Assembly: GCA_963783575.1 (NCBI GenBank)
Contig: CAWAOD010000011.1
Location: 416,001-480,000 of the forward strand
From: an uncultured Spirochaetota bacterium
GTDB lineage: Bacteria > Spirochaetota > Brevinematia > Brevinematales > JAOACQ01
Direction: 5' to 3'
Length of the DNA stretch: 64,000 nt
The notes below the pieces were generated by a model. That model was given only the letters and a program-made list of their open reading frames with translations. It had not been told where the DNA came from and made no database searches. A program made the position numbers and the translations under genes. Below, piece by piece: positions 21,790-33,138 of this stretch. Position 1 is the first letter of the stretch; each line of letters begins with the position of its first letter.

Positions 21790-23865
21790 CTATATAATAA
21801 TATTATACTCTTCCATCTTGCTTCTAAGAGTATTTCTGTTGATACCGAGAAAATCGGATGTTTTGACTTTATTCCTGTTATTATGGATAAGCGCTTTGTT
21901 AATCAATTCTTTTTCAATGTGTGTTATAATTTTATTATATACCATTCCATTGTAAGCCGAATTTTTGACAAAAGCTTCAATCCATTTTGAGATATGGATA
22001 TCGGGAATTTCTTCTGTTTCAAGCAGAAACGCCGGAAGATTATTTACTTCTATCGTATTGGTTTTTGCTAAAAGCAAAGCTCTTTCGATGACATTTTCAA
22101 GTTCCCTTACATTCCCAGGCCAGTTATATGATTGCATCAGCCTTAATGCTTCCTGCGAAATTCCCATTAACTTCCTATTATCCCTTTCGGAATATTTTTT
22201 AATGAAATAATTGGCCAGAAGCGGGATGTCGTCTTTTCTTTCCCGGAGAGGAGGTATAGGAATCTCTACGACATTGAGACGGTAATACAGGTCTTCCCTG
22301 AATTTACCGTCTTTTATGAGATTTTCCAGAATTTTATTTGTCGCAGACAGGATCCTTATGTCAATTTTTATTTTCGATTCGCTTCCAATAGGCTCTATCT
22401 CCCTTTCCTGAATAGATCTTAGCAGCTTGGCCTGAAGATAAAGCGGCATATCTCCTATTTCATCAAGGAATATTGTTCCTCCGTTAGCCAGAAGAAATTT
22501 GCCCTTTTTATCGCTGTTTGCCCCGGTAAACGCACCTTTCTTATAACCGAATAGCTCAGATTCCAGAAGGTTTTCCGGGATTGATGCGCAGTTTATACTA
22601 ACAAACGGAGCATCCTTCCGGCTGCTTCCTATATGCAACGCCCTTGCGACAAGCTCTTTACCCGTACCGCTTTCACCTAAAATCAGGATTGAAGAATTAC
22701 TGTCGGCAACAGTTTTTATAAGGTCAAATACTTCTTTCATTTTATTATTGTTGCCGATTATATTTTTTATCCCAAAATTCTTGAATAATTCTTTTTTTAA
22801 ATTGATATTTTCCACCATTAGAGTCTCTTTTTCTTCATAAAGTCTTTCACATGCTCTAACCTTATTTGCTATGAGGTTTGAGATCAATACCATCATATCT
22901 TCCTCATCCTGAAGATTGAGTTCGTTTTCAAAATATTTCTCTACAGCAAGAACTCCGATTACTATCCCTTCGGTCTTAATTGGTACTGCTATAAAGGAAA
23001 TTGGGATCGATTTATCCCTTTTAATCTGCATCTTATTCAGAAATTCCGGATCTTTATTTATGTCTTCTATTGAGATTGCTTTGCCCGCTTCAACAACCTT
23101 TCCGACTACTCCTTCTCCTACCTTATAAATTCCCCTTGACATTTCTTCTTCTGTAATATTATATGCGGTAAAAATGGATAATTCGTTGGATTCTTTGTTT
23201 TCGAACAATACAAGGATGCCCCTGATAATATTGAATCCGTCTGCAAGTTTTTTCATCACAATATCAAAAGTGTCTTTCAATTCGAATACTTTTTCTGTAG
23301 ATTGTGCAATTTCAATCAGAACATCCTTCAATTTCATTTTCATTTCAAGTTCTTCATAGAGGTTTGTCCGGACAAGAATTTGAGCGGCTTGGTTTGATAT
23401 TGTAAGCAGCAGTTCCATATCATCTTCAGTAAAGGCGCCTTTTCGGGTACTGTCAACATTAACCACCCCAATAACTTTTCCATGAACGCTCAATGGAACA
23501 GCCAATTCGGATTTGACATCTTTTTTTACCTTTATGTATACCGGTTCCATAGTTACATCATTAACCAGCCTGGGTACACCGTCCTGGAATACGGTACCGG
23601 TTACACCCTCACCTATTGTAATTTTTGTGTTTTTAATGATTTCCTCATCCAGACCTTTTATTACTTCAAATCTCAACATTTTTGAATGCTGTTCCTTAAG
23701 CATAATAGATCCGCTGTCCGCTCCCGTGAGTCTAATACATTTATCAAGCATTAAATTCAAAAGCTCTTTTGAATCCGTTGTCTCATTCATTGCAATTGTT
23801 AGATATTGTATTAATTTCAGCCTTTTGATCTTCTCTTCCAACGCATTGATATTTTTTTCTTCCAT
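21790..23865 (-). CDS. Sigma54-dependent activator, GAF-GAF-AAA+-HTH, no receiver domain
   Basis: [29 protein letters not shown]-terminal [11 protein letters not shown]. Confidence 0.94.
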   Translation of the reverse strand: MEEKNINALEEKIKRLKLIQYLTIAMNETTDSKELLNLMLDKCIRLTGADSGSIMLKEQHSKMLRFEVIKGLDEEIIKNTKITIGEGVTGTVFQDGVPRLVNDVTMEPVYIKVKKDVKSELAVPLSVHGKVIGVVNVDSTRKGAFTEDDMELLLTISNQAAQILVRTNLYEELEMKMKLKDVLIEIAQSTEKVFELKDTFDIVMKKLADGFNIIRGILVLFENKESNELSIFTAYNITEEEMSRGIYKVGEGVVGKVVEAGKAISIEDINKDPEFLNKMQIKRDKSIPISFIAVPIKTEGIVIGVLAVEKYFENELNLQDEEDMMVLISNLIANKVRACERLYEEKETLMVENINLKKELFKNFGIKNIIGNNNKMKEVFDLIKTVADSNSSILILGESGTGKELVARALHIGSSRKDAPFVSINCASIPENLLESELFGYKKGAFTGANSDKKGKFLLANGGTIFLDEIGDMPLYLQAKLLRSIQEREIEPIGSESKIKIDIRILSATNKILENLIKDGKFREDLYYRLNVVEIPIPPLRERKDDIPLLANYFIKKYSERDNRKLMGISQEALRLMQSYNWPGNVRELENVIERALLLAKTNTIEVNNLPAFLLETEEIPDIHISKWIEAFVKNSAYNGMVYNKIITHIEKELINKALIHNNRNKVKTSDFLGINRNTLRSKMEEYNIII

Positions 23866-24017
23866 AATTAATATACCTGCCTATTTTTTGATCATAATAA
23901 TAATATATGGGTAAAATATAATCAAGTAAATGATTATTAAGATTTTGTTAATTTGATTATATTAATCTAATTGCATACCTATCAAATAAAAATATTATTT
24001 TATTTCTGCTTAAATAT

Positions 24018-24033
24018 TGGCATTATTGTTGCA
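24018..24033 (+). promoter_or_regulatory. Sigma54 (-24/-12) promoter of glnA
   Basis: TGGCAT-TATTG-TTGCA with correct GG-N10-GC spacing, 63 bp before the ATG. Confidence 0.85.
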
Positions 24034-24096
24034 ATGATTGCAATATTATATTATTATTATTGTCAAATAATATTTTCCAATTAAGGAGGAAATGAT

Positions 24097-25515
24097 ATGG
24101 ATTCGAAAAGCGTGTTAGAGTTTATCAAAAAAGAAGGTATTGTTCAGGTTGACCTTCGATTTATGGATTTTCCGGGGATCTGGCAGCATTGTTCTTACCC
24201 GGTTTCAGAATTCAAGGATGAGAGTCCTTTTGAAGAAGGGCTTGGTTTTGACGGTTCTTCAATCCGCGGCTGGCAGGGTATTAACGAATCGGATATGCTT
24301 TTAATGCCCGATCCTTCAACGGCGGTGGTTGATCCATTTGCAAAGTACCCGACTTTATTGATGATTGCAGACATTAGAGACCCGATTACCGGTCAGGATT
24401 ATTCCAGAGATCCAAGGCATATCGCGAAAAAAGCAGTCAATTATCTGAAAAGCACAGGAATTGGTGATACGATATATTTCGGTCCGGAACTTGAGTTTTT
24501 TATTTTTGACGATATCAGGTATTCTCAAAGTACTAAAGAGGGATATTATTACATTGATTCTGATGAAGGAGTCTGGAATACAGGAAGAGTAGAGGAAGGC
24601 GGTAACAAAGGAACTAAAATACGTCATAAAGAGGGATATTTTCCGGTGCCTCCAACCGATTCATTATGGGATATCAGGACTGAAATGGTTCAGATGCTGG
24701 AAAAGGTGGGAATTCGCATAGAAGCCCATCATCATGAAGTAGCGACTGCCGGTCAGGCTGAAATTGATATGCGTTTTTCCGAACTTGTAAAAATGGCTGA
24801 TAATGTCATGATGTATAAATACATTACTAAGAATGTTGCGGTAAAGAACGGAAAAACAGTGACCTTTATGCCCAAACCACTTTTCGGTGATAACGGTTCC
24901 GGGATGCACTGCCATCAAAGTATATGGAAAGGCGGGAAGAACTTATTTGCGGGAAATAAATACGCAGGATTTTCCCAGGAAGGATTGTGGTATATCGGCG
25001 GTATTATTAAACATGCTTCTGCACTTGTAGCTATAACCTGCCCGACAACAAACTCGTATAAGAGGCTTGTTCCCGGTTTTGAAGCTCCTATCAAACTTGC
25101 TTATTCCGCAAGAAACAGAAGCGCAGCAGTAAGAATACCTATGTATTCCAACAATCCGGCGGCAAAAAGGCTTGAATTCAGAACACCCGACCCAAGTTGC
25201 AACCCGTATCTTGCGTTTTCCGCTATGACTATGGCGGGGCTTGACGGTATCCAGAATAAAATAGATCCCGGCGAACCGCTTGACAAAAATATTTACGATC
25301 TTCCGCCTGAAGAACAGGCAAAAGTCGGCAATATCCCCGGTTCTCTGGAAGAGGCGTTATGCAGTTTGAGCAATGATAACGAATTTTTACTTAAAAGCGA
25401 TGTTTTCACAAAAGATGTAATTGAAACCTGGATCGATTATAAGATGGCCAATGAAGTCAGGGCTGTTCAGCAAAGGCCGCATCCCTATGAGTTTTTCCTT
25501 TATTATGATATTTAA
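24097..25515 (+). CDS. glnA: Glutamine synthetase type I (adenylylatable GSI-beta)
   Basis: [41 protein letters not shown]; adenylylation loop NIYDLP. Confidence 0.98.
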   Translation: MDSKSVLEFIKKEGIVQVDLRFMDFPGIWQHCSYPVSEFKDESPFEEGLGFDGSSIRGWQGINESDMLLMPDPSTAVVDPFAKYPTLLMIADIRDPITGQDYSRDPRHIAKKAVNYLKSTGIGDTIYFGPELEFFIFDDIRYSQSTKEGYYYIDSDEGVWNTGRVEEGGNKGTKIRHKEGYFPVPPTDSLWDIRTEMVQMLEKVGIRIEAHHHEVATAGQAEIDMRFSELVKMADNVMMYKYITKNVAVKNGKTVTFMPKPLFGDNGSGMHCHQSIWKGGKNLFAGNKYAGFSQEGLWYIGGIIKHASALVAITCPTTNSYKRLVPGFEAPIKLAYSARNRSAAVRIPMYSNNPAAKRLEFRTPDPSCNPYLAFSAMTMAGLDGIQNKIDPGEPLDKNIYDLPPEEQAKVGNIPGSLEEALCSLSNDNEFLLKSDVFTKDVIETWIDYKMANEVRAVQQRPHPYEFFLYYDI

Positions 25516-25525
25516 TTAATAAAAA

Positions 25526-25557
25526 TAAGGCGGTGGAATCTAAATTTCACCGCCTTA
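25526..25557. terminator. Hairpin between convergent glnA and glnE
   Basis: taaggcggtg...caccgcctta inverted repeat with an adjacent A-run. Confidence 0.75.
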
Positions 25558-25560
25558 AGT

Positions 25561-28500
25561 TTATTCATACGGTAACATGCAAATGTCCTTTAATTTATTG
25601 AAAACTGATATTATCATATTTTTGTAATAATTGACTTTTTCCTTCAACAAGTCTTTGGATTCCTCACCGATGATTCCTATGAAAAAGCTTCTTTTAATAA
25701 GATATCCATATTCAATACTGTCTTCCGGATATATATTAAGATCTTTGGCGTTTCCCTTAACCATTCTGAGAATGTTGATAAGATTCCTGTAAAATATATA
25801 ACATTCAGATAAATTTGTATACATATCCAGGAAAATAATATTTTCTTTTAACAGGGATTTAAGTGCTTCAAGTGTCGAAACGGTCTTTAATGAAGCGTAT
25901 TTGTACCCGTATCTTATCTGCAAAATTTGTACGATATATTCCATATCCACAAGTCCGCCTCTGGAATACTTAATGTTGAAGGTTTGAAAATCTTTAATAT
26001 TGGCGTTTAGCTGTTTCTCTCGAACCTTGTATAATGATTCAAGGTCGGGATTGATGCTGCTGTATACGTAGCCATCTCTATGGATTAATATTGAATCCCT
26101 CAGATATGAACCGCTTTTATTGGATGATAAGAAACGCAGTTTAATAAGTGATTGTCTCTCGAAGAAATAGGCTTTTCCACCGGCAGAGAAATAATCCATA
26201 AAGTTTTGTTTAGAGACAGCAAGTTTACCTTCTTTACCGAATGGTCTTAGATTCAGATCGATCTCAAAAATTCCTTCCCTTTTTGTATGAATTGCCTGTA
26301 AAAACATCTGAAGCATTTTTTCAAAATAGCCGTCTATCAACTGAAATTCCTTCAGATTTTCCGGGATATCATAAATAAGCATAAGTTCAATATCCGAAGC
26401 ATACCCCAATTCCCTTCCGCCCATTTTTCCCAGTCCGAAAATCGCCCAAGGCGGAAGTTCCGGGAAAGAATATTTTTTCAGCAGCTCAGTTTCAATTCTG
26501 GTAAGTGTTAATTCAATAATGGCTTCTGCCAGATCACTAAGCTCAAAAGCAAAATTGATAATATCAATCTTTTTCAATAACTGCCTTAAATCGATCCGGA
26601 ACATTTCCTTATCTTTATATTGATTGAGCGCTTCTACAAATTTACTGTAATCCGGTTCAACTTCCTCTTTATTAAATAAATTATTATTATGGAAATTCTC
26701 AATGAGTTCTTCTTTATTAAACCGGTATTCAATGCTTTTTTCGGTCAATATGGGAAGCAGTGTATGATACTGAAGCCTTATTAAATCTTCCCATAGAAAA
26801 TCGCTGATACCAAAAATAGCGGCAAGTTTTTTCTGCACATCGGATTGCCCCAGGATAGGGAGCTCTTTCTTTTCTCCGCTTTCCAGAACCCGGTTTAACA
26901 GTTCGTCGAAATAATGCAGGGCTTTGTCTGGATTGATGGTATTCAGCAAAATTGAAGAATACTGCTTGATAAGTGTTACGGTTATTTTTAATTCCTCTAT
27001 CTTTTCCTTAGATACAATCTTACTCCCATCCGCAGTCATAATAAAAAGCCTGTCGATTGCAGTATCCTGAACCGTATCGATTTCGACTTTAAAAATATAG
27101 TAATTCTTCAAAGCGAGAACGTTTGTAAATGTATAAAGAAAGGCAAAACTGTCTCTTGATTTAATATGAAGTATTGTATATTGGCTGCTGCTTTCGTTAT
27201 CCACGTCTATCTCCACTGGATAAAGTGAAGTAGCCATTGATGATGGAATTTTCGGTATAATATTTAATATTCTATTATTAAGGTATTCTTCCGCCAGCCT
27301 TACTTCCTTATTATCAAGGTAATGAAGAATCCGGTTCAGATCAGTTTTAAAACGGCTCCAATCCGGTGAATATTCACCTGGGCCGATGCTGCCGTCAGGT
27401 ATGGTATCCATAATTTTTGCTGTTACTGTACAGACAATTTTTCTTTTATATAAAAAACTGCTGTTATTATCTTCAATATGTCCTGAATATATCTGTTTTT
27501 TTCTTCTTCTATAAAATTGTTCCCTGTAATCAGGTGATATCATTCTGTAATCGCAGTAAGTGAAAGACTCGCCTTTTATAATCTTGAGATAGTTTGCCGA
27601 AATCAAACCGGATATTTTGGAAAATTCATAATAATAATCAAAGGCTATTATGCAGAGTTTCCATTCTTCACGGCCGGTTTCATGAATGGTAATTTCAACG
27701 AGATTATCATTGTTTAATTTTTCTATCATCTTTATATGCTCAACAATTTCCGCCTCATTAAACTGTAAAAAATATTCGCTGTCCATCCTTAAAAAATGGT
27801 CATCAAGAAGCTGCTTATTTAAATCGGGATATCCGGCTATAAGGCTATCCTTGACTTTTAAATAACGGATTGTATCGTCGAACAATGAAGTGAAAATGTT
27901 TCTGACGCTTTTCATATTATTTTCGGCCATAATTTTGAAATCCGCGGCAAATTTATTTATTGTAAATTCACCCTGATCCATAAACCATGGGAAGAATATC
28001 TCAATAATAATTTCATTTTTTGCAGGAAGTACCTGTTCGGCAGTATTAAACCTGAATTGCAGGATATTTTCAATTTTTCTGAATAGAATATAATTTGAAG
28101 ATAATATTTCATATTCTTTTTCAGTAATGATTTTGAATGTTTTTAATGATTGCAGGGCACTCATGGAATTGTTTTTTCGAATTTCGGGATACCTGATGCC
28201 ATGAATAAGCTGCAGGAACTGAATAATAAATTCAATATCCCGTATTCCGCCGGGAGATAATTTAATATTTATGCCTTTTGTACTGCGCTGAATTCTACTT
28301 TCAATACTTTCTTTTATTTCCCTTATCTCTACCAAAATTTTCTGTGGGTTATGATGGGCGTAAATGATTTTTTCAATAGATTCCCGGAATTGCAGATATA
28401 AATTCTCATTGCCCCAGACAAGACGGCTTTTTATCATTGCCTGCAATTCCCATTGCCTGCTTCTTGTACGGTAGTACTCAATTGCATTATTGACACCCAT

Positions 28501-29229
28501 CATTACAGGGCCTGATTCTCCTTCCGGCCGGAGCCTTAAATCGACTCTATATAAAAATCCTTCAGGGGATGAATTTCGTAGAAAACCAAGCAAGTTTATT
28601 AAAATTTCATTCAAATTGTTCGGTTTATTTTCATCAAGCAATATTTCATCTTTTACAAAAAAGATCAAATCTATATCGGAACTTATATTAAGTTCTTCTC
28701 CGCCCAGCTTTCCCATTGCAATTATTAATAAATTGTCTTTAATTTCTTCAACGGACATTCCGTATTTATTTTTAAGTTTCAATACAGATCCCTTTATTGA
28801 ATAATAAATACAAAAATCGGCTAATATTGAAAGATGCCAAATCGTCTGTGCGACTGTATTGATTTTGAGAAATTCCATCATACCCAAAATTACAGTTTCT
28901 TCATTTTTTATTAACCTGAGTTTTTCAAATAAAAAATTAATATCTTCAATACTATCTATTTCAGGATATAAATTATAATAATTCAATTTGTTATGATAAT
29001 TTAAATGGAATTCGCCTTTTCTTAAATCAAGTATAAAAACTATGAATTTTAAAATCAAATACGGACTTTTTTCCATAACCAGGCATGCATAATTACTAGA
29101 TTTGAGAAACAATTCAAGCTTATTTTCAATTTCATAGTCAACGATTTGATTGATTTTATTTTTAAGTTCAGAATCATTTATTTTTGAAATTATTTCCATC
29201 ATATTATTTATCCGCTTTATTATGTTCAT
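25561..29229 (-). CDS. glnE: Glutamine synthetase adenylyltransferase with central GlnD-like ACT domains
   Basis: Two NTase halves (AMGKLGGEELNISSDIDL...VDLRLRPEG; GLGKMGGRELGYASDIE...IDLNLRPFG) plus KLSPGGIRDIEF and KYSRGGLVDMEY; 1222 aa. Confidence 0.9.
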   Translation of the reverse strand: MNIIKRINNMMEIISKINDSELKNKINQIVDYEIENKLELFLKSSNYACLVMEKSPYLILKFIVFILDLRKGEFHLNYHNKLNYYNLYPEIDSIEDINFLFEKLRLIKNEETVILGMMEFLKINTVAQTIWHLSILADFCIYYSIKGSVLKLKNKYGMSVEEIKDNLLIIAMGKLGGEELNISSDIDLIFFVKDEILLDENKPNNLNEILINLLGFLRNSSPEGFLYRVDLRLRPEGESGPVMMGVNNAIEYYRTRSRQWELQAMIKSRLVWGNENLYLQFRESIEKIIYAHHNPQKILVEIREIKESIESRIQRSTKGINIKLSPGGIRDIEFIIQFLQLIHGIRYPEIRKNNSMSALQSLKTFKIITEKEYEILSSNYILFRKIENILQFRFNTAEQVLPAKNEIIIEIFFPWFMDQGEFTINKFAADFKIMAENNMKSVRNIFTSLFDDTIRYLKVKDSLIAGYPDLNKQLLDDHFLRMDSEYFLQFNEAEIVEHIKMIEKLNNDNLVEITIHETGREEWKLCIIAFDYYYEFSKISGLISANYLKIIKGESFTYCDYRMISPDYREQFYRRRKKQIYSGHIEDNNSSFLYKRKIVCTVTAKIMDTIPDGSIGPGEYSPDWSRFKTDLNRILHYLDNKEVRLAEEYLNNRILNIIPKIPSSMATSLYPVEIDVDNESSSQYTILHIKSRDSFAFLYTFTNVLALKNYYIFKVEIDTVQDTAIDRLFIMTADGSKIVSKEKIEELKITVTLIKQYSSILLNTINPDKALHYFDELLNRVLESGEKKELPILGQSDVQKKLAAIFGISDFLWEDLIRLQYHTLLPILTEKSIEYRFNKEELIENFHNNNLFNKEEVEPDYSKFVEALNQYKDKEMFRIDLRQLLKKIDIINFAFELSDLAEAIIELTLTRIETELLKKYSFPELPPWAIFGLGKMGGRELGYASDIELMLIYDIPENLKEFQLIDGYFEKMLQMFLQAIHTKREGIFEIDLNLRPFGKEGKLAVSKQNFMDYFSAGGKAYFFERQSLIKLRFLSSNKSGSYLRDSILIHRDGYVYSSINPDLESLYKVREKQLNANIKDFQTFNIKYSRGGLVDMEYIVQILQIRYGYKYASLKTVSTLEALKSLLKENIIFLDMYTNLSECYIFYRNLINILRMVKGNAKDLNIYPEDSIEYGYLIKRSFFIGIIGEESKDLLKEKVNYYKNMIISVFNKLKDICMLPYE

Positions 29230-29495
29230 ATTTTATATCTATTTGTATAAATCATCCAATTTTATTTTAAATTAAATATCATGGCCTATTCGGTTGGCAG
29301 ACAAACTTAGGACAGTTTGCTTAACCAGGTTCAATTATGGTTAATATTTAGTCAGAATATTATTAATTGCACAAAATATATGCTTTTATTATTATTATAC
29401 CAGCCAAAGCATAAGGTTAAAATACTAAAAGTAAAACATAGTGATTTAATAATATATAATAGGTAATTATTAACTTTGAGCTGTCCTGTAGGAAT

Positions 29496-29511
29496 TGGCA
29501 TAATTCTTGCG
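29496..29511 (+). promoter_or_regulatory. Sigma54 (-24/-12) promoter of the GSIII gene
   Basis: TGGCAT-AATTC-TTGCG with correct GG-N10-GC spacing. Confidence 0.82.
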
Positions 29512-29544
29512 TTTATGAGCTAAATTTATAATGGAGGTTTGTTT

Positions 29545-31740
29545 GTGTCAATAAGAGAAGACGCTATCAAGGAAATAGTTAAAAGGGATTGCACAACTGT
29601 AAGCGGTGAAACGGTTAAAGGTATGAAGATATCCGAAATTTACGGGATGAATGTCTTTAATGATGAAGCGATGAAGAAATTTCTGCCCTATTCAGCGTAC
29701 AAAAGATTAAGAAATATTATTAAACATGGCGGTAAGATTGATGATCAGCTTGCCGAAGAAGTCGCTCATGGAGTAAAAGAATGGGCAATCAGCAAGGGCG
29801 CCACACATTTTACCCATTGGTTCCAGCCGATGACCGGTTTAACCGCTGAAAAACATGACAGCTTCTTAAGTTTCGATCAGGACGGTTTACCCATAGACAG
29901 GTTTTCCGGAAAAAATCTTAGCCAGGGGGAACCAGATGCTTCCAGTTTTCCGAGCGGTGGTATTCGCGCAACATTCGAAGCCAGGGGTTATACAGCCTGG
30001 GATCCGACTTCACCCATATTTCTCGCCGGGCATAGCAATGGTGCTACAATCTGTATACCCACGCTTTTTCTCTCTTATACCGGGGAGGCTCTTGATAAAA
30101 AAACACCGCTGTTAAGATCCATAGAAGCATTAAATAAAGCTGCGCTAAGAGTATTGAAGCTTTTCGGCAACCATTCTGCAACAAGAGTTTATTCTACCGT
30201 AGGTCCGGAGCAGGAGTACTTTTTAATTGACAAGGCTTTTTATTTAAGAAGACCGGATCTGCTGTTAACCGGGCGAACAATATTCGGCGCGGGTTCACCC
30301 AAAGGCCAGCAAATGGAAGATCATTATTTCGGCAGCATAAGGGAAAGAATCATAAATTTTATGCAGGATGTTGAAACCGAATTGTATAAACTGGGTATAC
30401 CTGCAAAAACAAGACACAATGAAGTTGCCCCCGCTCAGTTTGAGATTGCACCTGTTTTTGAGGACAGCAATATAGCGACAGATCATAATCAAATGGTTAT
30501 GGAAACACTTCGCAGGGTTGCCGTAAAATATGATTTATCATTCTTAAGTCATGAAAAGCCGTTTGCAGGCATCAACGGCTCCGGAAAACATAATAACTGG
30601 TCGATGTCGGATTCGGAAGGTAATAATTTGCTTGAACCGGGCAGCACACCTCATGAAAACCTCCAGTTTTTGACTATTTTGACGGCAATAATAAAAGGAG
30701 TTTATAAATACGCTGATATTTTAAGAGCATCCATTGCTTCTGCCGGAAACGATCACAGGCTGGGAGCCAATGAGGCACCACCGGCTATAATTTCAATATT
30801 CCTCGGCGAACAGCTGACAAGTATACTTGATAATCTTGAACATAACAGAAAGCATGATTATTCGGATAAGCAGATTATCGATCTGGGTTTAAGCAAGCTT
30901 CCGGTGATAAGCAAGGATAACACTGATAGGAACAGGACTTCGCCTTTTGCTTTTACAGGTAATAAGTTTGAGTTCAGAGCGGTCGGTTCATCACAATCGA
31001 TTGCGCCCGCAAACTATACTATTAATACCGTAGTTTCTACTCTTTTAAACGAATTTGCAGATAAAATCGAAACGAATTTAAAAAATGGAATGGACCTGAA
31101 TAAAGCAGTTATGGAAGTCATAATTCCCGCGATCAGGGAAAGCAAGCATGTGCGTTTTGAGGGCAATAACTATGATCGCGCCTGGGAAATCGAGGCTGAA
31201 AAGAGAGAACTGCCCAATAAAAAAACAACGCCCGAATCGCTTAAAGATATGGTTTCAGATAAGAATAAAGAGATTTTTATTAAAAATAACGTCTTCAGTG
31301 AAAGGGAAATCGAAGCTAGATATCATATTTTTCTTGAGCAATATTCTAAGCTGGTAAATATTGAAGCTGAAACTGCCGTAATGATTGCAAAAACAATGAT
31401 TCTACCGCCGGTTTTGAAATATCAGACACTGATTGCTCAATCGATATCTTCTCTTCAGGGAGTTGAAGGCATAGATAAATCTCTGATAAAGCCCCAAAAA
31501 GATTTATTAAATGAATATTCAGGATTAATAAACGAAATGCAGAATAGAGTCGGAAATCTTGAGAAGGCGCTTAATGAATCCAAGAGCGATGAAGATATTG
31601 AAAATCAGGCAAATCATTATTGCTGTTCGGTTATGCCCGCTTTGTCAATATTAAGGCAAGCAGTTGATAAACTTGAGGAAAAAACTGCCGATGAATTTTG
31701 GCCGCTGCCGAAATACCGCGAAATGTTGTTTATCTATTGA
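29545..31740 (+). CDS. glnN: Glutamine synthetase type III
   Basis: THWFQPMTG, EPDASSFPSGG, RHNEVAP, EKPFAGINGSGKHNNWS, DRNRTSPFAFTGNKFEFR. GGAGG RBS favours GTG 29545. Confidence 0.97.
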   Translation: MSIREDAIKEIVKRDCTTVSGETVKGMKISEIYGMNVFNDEAMKKFLPYSAYKRLRNIIKHGGKIDDQLAEEVAHGVKEWAISKGATHFTHWFQPMTGLTAEKHDSFLSFDQDGLPIDRFSGKNLSQGEPDASSFPSGGIRATFEARGYTAWDPTSPIFLAGHSNGATICIPTLFLSYTGEALDKKTPLLRSIEALNKAALRVLKLFGNHSATRVYSTVGPEQEYFLIDKAFYLRRPDLLLTGRTIFGAGSPKGQQMEDHYFGSIRERIINFMQDVETELYKLGIPAKTRHNEVAPAQFEIAPVFEDSNIATDHNQMVMETLRRVAVKYDLSFLSHEKPFAGINGSGKHNNWSMSDSEGNNLLEPGSTPHENLQFLTILTAIIKGVYKYADILRASIASAGNDHRLGANEAPPAIISIFLGEQLTSILDNLEHNRKHDYSDKQIIDLGLSKLPVISKDNTDRNRTSPFAFTGNKFEFRAVGSSQSIAPANYTINTVVSTLLNEFADKIETNLKNGMDLNKAVMEVIIPAIRESKHVRFEGNNYDRAWEIEAEKRELPNKKTTPESLKDMVSDKNKEIFIKNNVFSEREIEARYHIFLEQYSKLVNIEAETAVMIAKTMILPPVLKYQTLIAQSISSLQGVEGIDKSLIKPQKDLLNEYSGLINEMQNRVGNLEKALNESKSDEDIENQANHYCCSVMPALSILRQAVDKLEEKTADEFWPLPKYREMLFIY

Positions 31741-31752
31741 GATTATTTTATT

Positions 31753-31777
31753 TTCCGGCCGGGGACCCCGGCCGGAA
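31753..31777. other. Perfect GC-rich palindrome after the GSIII gene
   Basis: ttccggccgggg-a-ccccggccggaa; no following U-tract on the + strand. Confidence 0.7.
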
Positions 31778-31874
31778 GTATTATTACCAGTCGATTTTTT
31801 ATATTTTACAAACTTGTTTTTTTAAACGTTTTTATATATAATATACGACTTGTATACTATGTGAGGTAATACTT

Positions 31875-32971
31875 ATGTCTTATAATTATGAAGACGCAGT
31901 ACCATATCAGGAAAAAGATATATCAGGATGCGGGCTGTTGGGATTAATCCGGCAGGATGGATCGACAGTTGATGGTACTGATATCATCAAAGGCATAGAA
32001 CATTTAAAAGAAAGGGGTAACGGCCTTGGCGGAGGTTTTGCGGTATATGGTCTTTATGAATCCTATAAAGATTATTATGCCTTTCATATAATGTATGACG
32101 ATTCTTGTGCAATGGAAAAAGGAAAAGAATATATACGGATGAACTTTGACATAGTTTATGAAGAGCAGATACCCACAAGAAAAAACATACATATATCCAA
32201 ACCCCCGCTTTTTTTCAGGTATTTCTGCCAGGTTGCGGAAACAAAAATTGTCAATGAAAAAGAAGACGACTATGTTATGTCGAAAGTCATGTTCATTAAT
32301 AAAAATATTGACGGTGTATTTGTAATCTCAAGTGGAAAGAACATGGGGGCTTTTAAAGGCGTCGGCGAAGCCCATGAACTTGGCGATTTTTTCAGGCTTG
32401 AAGAATACCAGGCGCACACATGGATTGCTCACAGCCGTTTTCCCACAAATACTCCCGGCTGGTGGGGGGAGGGGCTCACCCTTTCACAATGCTTAACTAT
32501 TCGGTTGTCCATAACGGTGAAATTTCCTCTTATGGCATAAATAAAAGGTATCTGGAAAGTTTTGGTTATGAGTGCACAATGAGGACGGATACCGAAGTTG
32601 TGGCATATGCTGTGGATTTATTAAAAAGGCGGCATAATCTTCCCTGGCCGATTGTTGCAAAAATATTTTCCTCACCTTTCTGGAAAGATATTGATAAAAT
32701 GGATGATAATGATAAAGAGCTTTATTCAAGGCTCAGGATTGTCTATGGAAGCTTATTGCTGAACGGTCCTTTCGCTTTTATAATCGGTTTTTCCGGCGGT
32801 TTTATGGCTTTATCCGATAGGGTAAAACTAAGGCCCTTAGTAGCCGCACTCAAGGATAAGACATTATACGTTTCAAGCGAGGAGGGAGCAATCCGTCTGA
32901 TACAACCCCAGCTTGACAGGGTCTGGCACCCTGCTGCCGGTGAACCGGTATACGGGTTCATAAAACAATAA
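31875..32971 (+). CDS. Archaeal-type glutamate synthase, glutamine amidotransferase subunit (GltB1/GlxB-like), frameshifted at G6 32464-32469
   Basis: SGCGLLG, ERGNGLGGGFA, AHSRFPTNTPGWW|GGAHPF, VHNGEI, TDTEV, DRVKLRP. Confidence 0.9.
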
Positions 32972-33138
32972 GTTTTATAATAAATAATCAATATGCTTTT
33001 GAAGTTTAAAATAATAAGGAAGTTTTTTCAAACAGTAGTGTGTTGATTTTGTTTGGAGAATTATTTATAATATAAGTTATTCTATTAGGTTATAGCAATT
33101 AAACTTGTACGAAATTGAAATTATCAAAGGAGATTTTG

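Noticed and set aside
21790..23865. nifA / nitrogen fixation
   Set aside because: No nif genes are present, the HTH is NtrC/Fis-like, and the neighbouring sigma54 promoters serve glutamine synthetases.
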